Assembly (NCBI RefSeq): GCF_964204645.1
Contig: NC_134027.1
Span: forward strand, 2,574,485-2,638,484
Source of the DNA: Tubulanus polymorphus
Taxonomy: Eukaryota; Animalia; Nemertea
DNA: 64,000 nucleotides
Direction: 5' to 3'
Shown: one piece after another, positions 36,001 through 48,000 of the stretch
Layout: each line of letters begins with the position of its first letter
Numbering within the stretch: the first letter of the stretch is position 1
Notes under the pieces: model-generated
Databases searched by the model: none
Told to the model about the DNA's origin: nothing
Seen by the model: only the letters and a program-made list of their open reading frames with translations
Made by a program: the position numbers and the translations under genes

Positions 36001-39000
36001 TCATCGTAGCGTATTAAAGTCTGGCCTTTTTTTCGCCCTTTTACTAGGAAATTGGAGAGGAGAAATATGGACCGGATATCAAAGCTTTAGAGTTAATCCT
36101 CGCCATGGAGAAAGTGAATCCGAATCGTAAACATTGTAAACGAATCGTTCAAGATGATTCGAATTTTGTGGAAAAAGAACCGAAGACAGCAGGAATAGAA
36201 TCGTATGAGAAAGATGACAAACAAGGTACCTACAGGGGCGGAGCTAGGGGGTAAATCTGAGGGTCTTCTCAGAATTCTAGGGGCATATCTCAAAGAAAAG
36301 GGCAACATACTGTTGACACTGCTTCCCGCTGATAAATTTTGAGATTCCAGCAGTGATTTGAAGCCATTTACAGAACTAAAAAGTTAGAAAAAGATAACCT
36401 CCACCCTTCACCCGGCTCATGCCCCCGACTAAAAACTCATCGATGTATAGTATAAGACAAATAATTTTTTTCAGAAAAACTTTAAAAAAAATGTTTGCAG
36501 GCAAAATTGTTTGAGGGCACTTAAAAATTTTGGGGGTCCTCCAGAAGACCTGTAAGAACCCCTCGATCCGCGCCTGACCTATTGTATAAACAAACTGCAT
36601 TCATATGGATGAGGAAGATATCTATACATTTATATCTATAACTGTTAGGGAGTATCAAGTCTCAACCACTGGGAGATGACCTTTTGAATCTGGGAGAAGT
36701 TCTGCTGTCTATCACCAATGGTCCGTACTCACAGGAATTGATCGACATGGATATGATGATGGATGCTGTGCTATTTTTGTGGAATAAATGCAAGGCAGTT
36801 TTCCAGAAATATCAAACCGGATCCATTGATAATACGCGCTTCTTGCAACGCATGGAAAATCCATCCAAGGTATGAATATGACTATAGATTGTGGTCGAAT
36901 AGAGGTAAATACAGGTCAGTTATTTGTATTTCATTTGATTCCAGTGGGTGTCAATTTTACACACCGTCCATCAAGTTTTGGGTTGGTGTGAGATGAATAT
37001 CATTGATCCAGCATTGACGGCTGAAGTAGCGCTTCGTTTAGCATTAGTTATTGAAAGTTCTGCTCTTGATAAAGGAAAGAAAAAAGGACGGAGAACAGTT
37101 CCAGAAGTTGACTTTGAAGAGGGTGAGGAAATATTTCGGTCTTATCTTAAATGCAAAAACCGTTGATTAGAATATGCTACAAAACAATGTCATCATTTCA
37201 GAATGGCCTGTACTCTCAGATGTGAACAAAATATAAGATTAAAACTCACCTATACAAATTTAAAAGATTAGAAACGAAATTTATTTATCTAGAATTTAAA
37301 TCATAATTTAAAAACCACAACGTTTTGGAATCTCTTTAGAGACCATTATCACCTTGATGAATAAATTTCGTTTTCAAATTATTCTCTAATCTCCTTTAAT
37401 TTGTATGAGTTTTAATCTTAATGTTATAATTTTCCTACAGATACAGCTCGTGATGCTGCGGCGAGTATTTCAGGTCAAAACATCAACATTACAATTCTAA
37501 ATCGCACTGAACTGGAATTATTAGTCGAAGCTCGTGATATATTGGAGTTAGGACTCTTTAATGTTTCAATCGCACGAGAAGCTACTGCTCTTACTGATGG
37601 TAAATCTATTGCGGATATTGAATGGGTTCAGGTAAGTTTGAATATTCGACGTTGAATAGTATGAATCATTTGGCAGGGAGTATTCGTTAATAATTTGTAC
37701 AATGTACTTTGTTTTACAGGATTTAAATGCTGATTTATTCAAACCAATGACCGATGACGACGAATCGCACGAAAACTTAGATAATTTAGATTTAGCTGCT
37801 CAGAATGAGAGATTGAAACAATCTGACGCAACAGCTGTCTGGAACACAGTCAAAGATTTACACCTGGAACTAATATTCATCTATCACAGAGTCTGCCTGA
37901 AACTCTCACAGCTAGGGGAAGGTATTTCTTTGCAACCACAATTTTATTACAATGTATTTCTTGGTTTTTTTTTCAATATCCAAATATCTTTTTACAGATT
38001 CTAATTCGAAGAAACACACTCAATTAAAGAGACGCAAGAGACCGCAGGTAAGGACAATCTTATGACATGAATGTAGCACCTTTATCTTGAAATGTTCATA
38101 TTTAATTTGTTATTTGTGCTTTCTAGGATTATCCGATTGTATCATTTGATGAGCTGGTTTTACAGTGTAACAAAAGTTTGATATCTAAAGCATTGCTGAA
38201 TATGCAGAGAGCTTTGATGTTAGGAAGTGATAAAAATGTAACCAAAGAACAATCAGCTCTTCTCGGGGTGAGTCCTATTCATTAGGTTAATTAATGTATG
38301 ATTGTATTTTGATTCATTAGCTAATTATTGCTATTATAATAAAAGGATGCGTTGAATATGATCGTGAAAACTGAAACCAGTGAACGGAATTTATACATCG
38401 AGAATATGATCGACATCGACAAAAAGTTGGATCCGAAATCGAAGGTACCACCGTCTCCGATTCTACTGTCGAGAACTGATACAAAGATGGTATTTAAACC
38501 CGGACCGTTTGAACCGGTCAATCAGAAGGTATGTCGATTCACTTTTTCACCTGATATTCGAAGTCTATCTATATTCTGCTAATCGAATGAATTGATACTT
38601 GCAGGTGGCTTGGTATCGTCTATTTGGAAGACCGTCGCGTGGTAGCAATATTAAAGTCAGACTGAATGATTATTTCTTGCCCGGGACTGGCCAACAGGTG
38701 CGACAATTTCACATCAAATAAAAGTGAATCCCGATATCTTTGTTTGTTTCTACGTCATGATATGCGATGTTTATTTATAATTTTAGATACCCTCATTCCG
38801 ATGTGAATTGTCTGTTTCTGGTCTACAACCCGGAGAGCAGTATGTGTTTGCAGTCGCTGCTTACACGGCTGAGGGTAAACTGATCGGAGAATCTATCGGT
38901 GAAACTAGTAAACCGATCCTAGCATCGCATCCTCTACCAGTTCTTATGACTTGGGCTTATTTAAGTCAGGTGAGTGCCGTGAACGCAAACTGAATGAGAA

Positions 39001-42000
39001 AGGGTCCTACGATTCCTTAAAAACTCCTTCTGAATGGAAAATGCTTTTGAAACTCCTTAAATTTGTACTGATTTAGGAGGAGTCTACTATAATTGGGATA
39101 TGAAAGTGATGCAATTTTCTCCTATAAAACACCTTGAAAACTCCTTATATCCAGGAATTGGCTGATCTGTAAGGACCCTGCGATAAATCTTCGGTAGAGA
39201 GTTGAAATATTCATATTGTTGATAATAATGTTTGCAGGTTGGATATCAAGTAGGTTGTAATGATATTGCGCAGAGAGCGTGTGAAGTATTGTGGAATCAT
39301 TTTGTCGGTGTACGCCCTCCACCTGATGCAGATATATACATCACCAGTAAAGACGTCGATACTAGTTTGACTTTGTATAAACTGAATAAACGCGTAATCA
39401 GTTTAGCTTCACCGGTTTTATTGAGACAGTTTCTCACCAGTATATTCATTAATGTTGATATTGATGTCAGACAAGGACTGCTATTCTGCGACACACTTTG
39501 CGACCAGGGACCGCTACACAACGGTCAGGTATGTGTGTACATCATGTATACGATAGCTAGGATACTGTTCAGCTCTCTTATTACATTTAGATGTTCTATT
39601 ATTGTTTGTAGATGTCCAGATTGAGAGAATGTGAAAGAATGTTAGTAGCGATAGAATTAGCTGGCTGGTTGAACGAGGCAAACTTGGCCTTACAAGCTAT
39701 TGTACAATGTTATGGCCTGACAGCTCCACTAATTCAGTTCAAGATTCCATCACTAGCTGTGATTCAGGTAGATCAAGGAAAATGTTCAGGAATACATAAC
39801 AAAACATTACATCGATATAACGTGGCTATAAACTATTGTTCGTTGATGATTTTAGATATTGCAATACTGTCTCGCTGTGTTATTGGAGATTCCCGTAGCG
39901 CTACGTCAAAGACGTCAGGCCAGTATATCTGAGAGTTTGCATCATATGACTGCCTGTATGACCTACCATATGGCAAAGGTAAGAAGGCTGATACGTACAT
40001 GTATGCTAAATTAGTAAATGGTGCCAATATTTCATGCGTTTTGGATGATTACAGGTTTTGAGGACCTGGGGACAGAGGCAGCTAGCGAATCATATGAATG
40101 ACAATGGACGTCGTTTACTTGCCATCGAGTCTACGGATTCTTCGCCTCAGAAACAGAGTGTAAGTATTGGTGGTAGTCTGAAACAGCGACGAGCCAGTAA
40201 AATACCACCGATTGCCACTGCAGAGTCAAATACTGAGGATAAACCATCAGATCAATTAGAAGAGTCTGTAAGTCTATGAATTGAATTGATTAAATGTCTG
40301 GTTGTGGGCGCACCTCGGGTTATGTAAGTTTTAGAGAAGAACTTAGAATAATCTACCTGCAATGTTTGTTATAAGCGCACAAATTGATACTAATCAATGT
40401 CTGTGAATCAATGGTAACTGATGAAGTATACTAACTACATGTAGTTCTAATATCTGCAGTGATGAATCAGCTAATGAAGTAAAGATAAAGAAAGATCTTA
40501 AAAACCATATAATCAATTGTAGAGATTACGCGCTGGTAATTGAATCAGTGACTGGCATGGAAGTTTATTCGTTTTCAGGATAAACCAGTTCAAGCTAATG
40601 CGACACCAGCTGAAGAGAACGCGGAAGAAACTGCCCCTCCGGAGATTGGTGCTTTGACTCTCGCCGGTCTGAAGAAAAGAAAAGGCCGCAATAAGATATT
40701 CGGTGGCAAAGACGATGCCGATGGTCCAAACAATGAGGAACTCAAAGCTCTTGAAGCTCATATATTGAGGCTTTCGAGACAAGGTATAATTGTTTTTTTG
40801 CTGTACAATTCTCAGAGCTGTCCAAAGATTAATCGTTATGTTAATGTGTTTTAGCTCAAAGTGAACATGAATTGATTGGTAATGAAGACCCAAGCATACT
40901 CTACGCCTACATAGCTTATCTTCCCAGTAGAATCGCTTATAAGGAAGGTCAGTCTCATTTCTACGCAAAGTTTATTCAAAATATTCAACACACTACTGAG
41001 TAAAATTGACTATTTTTTCAGTTGTTAAATTCAAGCGCCGAGCTCGCTATATTGAATTCTTTGTGCAAGTAGCTGTGAAAGCCCTAGCTGAAGGTTTAGC
41101 ATCCAGTGCTCTAGACTGGTGTGAAGAGACTGCTCAATGGCTCAATAAGTGAGTAGTAGCATCGATCATATTTTGTGTACACAGGCATCAGTCAACTGCC
41201 TGCCTTCAATATGAAATATCTCTCTACTCAATTTTTAGACGCAATGATCAAATTATTGGACCGAAAGTAGTCATCAACAAACAACCAGGGGCTGTTACAG
41301 TTGGAGCCACCGATGATGCGAAGAAGTATGCTGTAACAATGGTGGAATTCAATAAAGAAAAGGTATGATTTTTACATCCAAATATTTCATTTTTTCTTTT
41401 TAGCTTACCGGGGTAAGTATCATTGCCTCGCCTGAAACAAATACCCCTCGAGCTGCGTTTTATGACATCCTCATAAATTTTACCAAAATATCCGCTAGAA
41501 AGTTTGCTTCCCGTGTTCAAGAATGTCATTTTATCTCCCATTGATTAGAAAACTTTGCCTGTACATCCAAAACGTGAAGTAAGTTGACTGATGAATGTAC
41601 CGTACCTGCATAATCTCATTAATCGATCCATCATATTACCATATAATTCACACACAGTCACAGTCTGATATAACATACACCGCATACGCATTAGATATCC
41701 CGTGAAATCCTTTTGCTTATCATTGCTCTCCCTTGCAACCCTTCTAACTGCAACTAGCTTTCATATAGGACAATTTATTGCAGCCTCAAGGAGACGTCAC
41801 TCCAAAAGCTAAACCATCAAAAACTAAAAATAAACCGAAAAATGCTAAAACAGATCAACATGTCAAGGTAAAATAGTCGTCTGATTTTCCGACGGTTTAT
41901 TGTACTTTACTATTTCTCATGTTGCTTTTATTTTAAATTGGTTGTTGGGAAGTAAATATAGACATAGATAAATAGAGCAATTGTTAAGACTTTTCAATGA

Positions 42001-45000
42001 AATGTTAATATTTGCTTATGTTGCCTAAAACAGAAGAAAAAGGGAAAAAATGAAATTCTGACGGTAATATCTGCATGTTTCCTCGGCGTTTCACCCTGTT
42101 TTTAAATGTGACACATTTTTAATGAATCATTCCCACAACATGTTTGTGTTTTCACTTGACGATATTTGTTATTTTGTTGTAATACAACGATTAATTTCAA
42201 ACTGCATGACGTTTAATACTTGCTAGTTATATGTATATTGTAAATAATGCACACGTGTTCATACACATATCATGCTTATCAAGCCAAACGCTTTTTATAC
42301 TTTAATTGCATTCCCTTCAATCTAACAGCTATGGAAATCTATAATAAGTCAAACAGTGTTACCTACTCCAGAACAAGAAGAAACAATACATAGAGTAAGT
42401 ACATGTATAGTGATCTACTGTGGGTTATGTAGGTGTTTTATTTTTTCTTTAGTACAACAGTTTGATGTCGTTGCCTCTCAGGGATAGAAGCTCATTTCAT
42501 TTGTTTGGTAATTTCTATAGGCAATGGAGGTACTGACTAATTACCTGCCTGATATAGTTCACAGCTATTTACGACGTAAGAAATTGAGAAAGGTTTGCGT
42601 TGATGAGATGCCATGGAGAGCACAGGTAACTGATATTAGTCACTCTATAGTGATGACTCTTAGGTTTCGACCAATACTGATTGTATTTTTGTTGTTGCAG
42701 TTGAATAATCTTCAAGGTTTGAGCCAATTTGGAGTCTTCATGCAGAAACTGGAACTGATGGAGAAAATGGGTGGCAATATGAACAGCAATTCCTACAGGT
42801 CAGGAATGGATACATTTTGATAAACAGTACATCAAATAGTGAATCATGTTCGTTACATGTGTTAAATGTATTTCTAGGACATCGTTCCTTGATTTGGAAT
42901 GGTTTACTCTGGAAACAACTGGAACATTAATTGTTGGTTGGGATGGTGGTCCCTCGCGACAAGCTACAAAAATGGATCTATACACTGATGATGTTCCTCA
43001 TATTATTCCGAAGAAAACAAAGGGCTCCGTTGGAAAGTTGAGTGATGGTCCAGTCAAAATGTCTGCCGTAGAGAGGGCAGCTGCAATTTCTACTGGTATG
43101 TGTAAACCAGCATTATCCTAGCTTACCACGATTTCTGGTATAATTCATGATTTCTGGTTTTATATTCTAGGAATCTTGCCACCAGCAGCATTCCCGGTCA
43201 TCGAGGAGGGAGAGGAGACACCTAGGACTTACCGATCAGAGGAGACTGTTAGCATGCCTCGTTCGCGGAAAGCTGATCCTAAAATCGACATGGATGCCAT
43301 CAACATATTGACACCAAAATCAGCTGAAACGATGCTTAAAAAGACATTCAACTTCTTCCAGAGGTCTATTGTAAGTTTAAAAGAAGTGATATAATAAACC
43401 CCGCATTAGAATGAATGAAAGGATTAAAGAATTTCTTTTTCTTAAGGTTCTCGCACATCGTGGAAAGCATTGGACATCGCTACAAAATGCATGTCGTGGT
43501 TTATGGAATTGTGCTCACAATGCTCTACTGCGTACAGCTCAGTCATCTCAAAATCCAACCGGTCTACTGACATTCCAAGCACTTCGTTTGATCGTTTTAC
43601 CAGCATTTTATACTGCTGCCGATTGCTTGCTGGAAATGTTAGTCACATTACAGAACGACATGGAAGAGGAAGCTGCCAAGGTTTGTATTAGGATAGAAAT
43701 CAGATAATCTTCAACTTTTCACTCTCTCATTGTTGATATCATCACTGTCATTATCATAATTTTTAATCTTTATGTACTTCATTTTACTGGGCTCCTCGAC
43801 TTCAGCCTTCTGGCTTGTCCATTGTCCTTTCCCTTTTTGATATGAATTCTACTACCAGTATTGATTTTATTATCAATTTGACAATGAGTTTTCTCAATTA
43901 CAGCCGCGGAATAGAAGGAGGTCGGTTGTAGTGATTGAAACATGGATGGGAGGTATCGCCGATGAGAAAGGTGGCGCCAGTTTGAAATTCGAAAAACAAC
44001 TCGATGATATAAGTATCGTTGATACTCGTTGGGTGAGAAGAATTGTATTAAGAGTTTTGGAGTTGTTATCGTTTGAACGAAAATGGGAGAAACTTGTTGA
44101 TTTAGCTCTGAGATTCAACGCTGTTACATAGTAAGTACAAGAGACTACAGTTGTAAAGAGACAATTATCTGGTGTGACACCAGGTTTGACACCTGACAAT
44201 GTTGTCTGCAGTCTAGAGAAAGTTCAAACTGTCACCGTCTTTTAATTTTTGATGAGTAAATTTCTTTTTTTTAATTCTTTTTCTATCTTTTGAATTGTTA
44301 CATAGTGGGTTTTGATATTATTGTGAATTATTATCTATCTTTCAGTGATCGTTATGCGACACAAGTTTGTCCATTGCTCATTCATGCTCAACATAAGTTG
44401 ATTGATCAAGTGAATACGTATGGCGGTGAGGAACCTCCTCAATCTCATTATCAGTACGTTGAAACTCAGATCAACGGTCCGGTCACAAGCCGAAATTATC
44501 AGGATATACAACTGAAGGCTTCCTGCGTCTTAGAGAAACTTTCATTCAGTCTCGATCCGGGAGCTCAACTCGATCCCGATAATTATGACTTATACGACGG
44601 TAAGACCATCGTGTAGATAGTAAATACGTCACATTGATGAAAATGGACAGAATACAGGCTCTTGTCAAAAAGTATAGAACACTGTGAACAGTGGATTGAA
44701 TGAGTGATAACTGGAAACATGATTATATAGCTTTAATCAGTAGAAAACAATTGAGCTTTATAAAACGTCAAATTGATATTGACGTAGAAACAACATTGTT
44801 TTAACTTGTTTAATCGTATTCTCAAATCTGATTTCACTCCTAGGTAAAAAGCTTGACTTTCAGGGTTGATTGCGGGGTGGGGGGTATCCCTGTAGCGGGT
44901 TCCCATCCAGCAGCACAAACTTCTCCACGTCTGATAGTCCAGAAGAATTTATTTCTATCTTCCCAAGAATTCTTTTTCTGAATTTATTTGATTGTTGTTT

Positions 45001-48000
45001 AAGGCGCTGTAAGCGCGAAGAAGAATATTCGTGTTCCTCTGGATATTGACGGAAGCTTGAATGAACTCTGCACAGCGTTAGACAAATCTCAGTACACTGC
45101 AAGAGCACTTCAGCACAGTCGCAAGTTACTAGTTCTGTACTTAGCGGGTCAACAAAATGGTAAGTCTATTGACTTCATATAAGAAATGATAACATTTGAA
45201 AAAATAAATTGTAGCGCGCGGATAAATAAATCAGGATTCGAACCTTTAGCTCCATGTTTCTCAACGTTTTATATACTTTGAATCATGCCATCTAAACCTA
45301 ACAAATGGGGAAAACCAACTAGCGTAACATTTTTACTTCCTGATCGTGATTTTACGTACTTTCTGAACTCAAAACTGACTATTTAACGATGGATTCTACC
45401 GAGGAAGTTGATATACTCGACGGTCATCATCCTAAAAAATCTCAAACATTTCCATGGAGTTCGTTTAGATTCAGTAATCCGTGGAAAACATGGAAATTCC
45501 CGACGGCTCTGAACGCTTTATGGTGGAAAATGTCGACAGTAGGTCGAGTAGATATCGGTATTCCATCGGATAAAACTGAATTAGATTCTAAATTACCGGT
45601 AATAAAACCTGATTGGGTTGAGTTGGATGGCGGTGTGAGAGTAACGTGGTTAGGACACGCGTGCGTATTGGTTCAGTTAGACGGGTTCACGGTTCTGACC
45701 GACCCGGTGTTCAGCGAACGCTGTTCCCCGATCGGATTCATCGGCCCCAAACGATATCGCGATTCTCCGTGCGAAATCGACGAACTGCCGAGGATCGACG
45801 CGGTCGTCATCAGTCACAATCATTACGATCATCTCGATTTGAACAGCGTGAAACTGTTAAACGCGCGTTTCGGGAAAAAGTTGCAGTGGTTCGTTCCGTT
45901 AGGTCTCGCCTCGTGGATGCATGACTGCAACGTCGATAAAGAGAATGTTACAGAGATGTGTTGGTGGGAGGAAAACTCATCCGTTTTTCCGAACAGGATG
46001 AAATTTATTTTTACCCCGGCACAACATTGGTGCCGACGCGGTGCCGCCGATACTAATAAAGTTCTCTGGGGCAGCTGGTGTCTGAAAGGTCCGAAGCATT
46101 CGTTCTTTTTCGCGGGCGATACCGGAAAATGCCCGGTGTTCGAAGTGATCGGGAAGAAATTCGGGCCGTTCGATTTAGCGGCAATTCCGATCGGGGCGTA
46201 CGAGCCGCGCTGGATGATGAAAGCTCAACACGTCGATCCCGAGGAAGCCGTCGAGATTCATCGCGAAATCAACGCTCGATTCTCGGTCGGTATTCACTGG
46301 GGTACGTTCGTACTAACCGACGAGCATTATTTAGAACCGCCGAAAAAACTGGAAGAAGCCGCGAAACAAGCGAAATTAAGCGACGGGGAATTTTTCATTC
46401 TCGATCACGGTGAATCGAAACATTTACTTGACGACTAAAGACTGGTTTCTATTGATATTTCTTGAACTGTGACGATTACTATGCTTGAATGCTTGAATAC
46501 TTGAGTAAGGAATGCGCAGTGATCTGCTATTGAATATAAACTGACTTACTATGAATAACACAATTTCGAATGTGTTTGTGTAAACTAAATGGGCACAGAG
46601 TGATTATATATTTAGATATAATAATTGATCGTTTAAATGTTTTATAGTATAATAATTATAGTATAACTTTAATATGAATATACCACTTTATTTATGGATA
46701 GTTGAGACTATTTCCATTCTTGATGGATATCGTTAAGAGAAACCCACAATATCAATTGAAACAACTTCAATTGTTTTTTTCTTGCATTTCGGGTAGAATC
46801 CTTCCAGCCATCTTCAGAGTTAATTCGAAAACCTGAAACATAAGAAAAAAACAGTAACAGTTTGATTGATATTGTTGGTTTTTCTCGATGATATACCGCT
46901 GCATGTATGTTATTTTAGCCGCACGTTTATGAAATATTTTTATGTATTTGTTACGCAAAAATATATGAATGTATTTTAACAAATTTTACGGATGTTTGTC
47001 TTGAATTCGTCTTCATCATTATAATCAAACGTATCGTGGATGTGAAGTCTGATAGAACGATAACCACACTCAAACGTGGTGAACGGATAATAATCTAAAA
47101 TATATAGAATCTAAATAAATAGATAGAATCTCTAGGGTGAGATCGAAATGTCGTGTATTCTATATATTTTAGATTGAATAAATAAATTCTTGTTTTTAAA
47201 TTCTTTTTATCTGTAGATAGCGGGTTTTTATCTTATTGCGAAGTCTGACATTTCTATTGATCCTCTTACAGCGAATCAGGATTATGATCTACCTCGAGAA
47301 GTATCTAAGGTAGATTTCGCCGTGCCGGTCACCGCTCAGCCTCAGTTGACGATGCCTCCCGATTTAAAGGTTGAAGATTTTATGAAGATGGACGACGTAC
47401 AAAATGCCCCGCTTCCAAAAACACAGATCGGTGTTGTGGTTGCGTCGTATATTAAGACTATAGGTACGTGAACTAAATTTGATCATCTCCCTCTTTATGA
47501 ATGACCCCTAAAGCCTTACACACATGGCAAGGAAAAAACGCTTGAACAACTGAATATCCAATCAGGGAGCATCACTGCATCACATGACATGACAAAATTG
47601 ATGTGAATAACTGAGTTCATTATTGCACCATGGACCATAGCGCAACATCTGTTATCTATGTGTATTTGTTATGCCGTGTTCGTTGAACGTTTTCTAATTT
47701 GCGGGTAAAACTTTTACTCAAAACATTTTATGAAAAAGGTGTTTTCTGTTTCGATGAAACTAATGTTTTGCCATGTGCGTTGGGCTTAAGTATTGCTGTG
47801 CGCAATGAGTAACCTTAATTCCTGTATCATATAGAACTTCTGAAAGCTAAGAATCAGAAGAGTGTCGCAGCTCAAGCGATGCATGAATTGGCTAATCTTT
47901 ATTACCACGCCGGTAATATCAAGTAAGATAAACTTCATTGTGTTATTCATAGATTGATCGAGAATATTAAGACATACTCGTAAGATTCATCTGTTTCATT

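Noticed and set aside
45646-46413. Arg-rich overlapping ORFs 45646-45924 and 46078-46413
   Set aside because: Alternative-frame shadows of the CpG-rich NAPE-PLD coding sequence.
45389-46438. Horizontal transfer from bacteria as the origin of the intronless MBL-fold ORF
   Set aside because: The motif series follows animal NAPE-PLD closely; retroposition or intron loss is more parsimonious.
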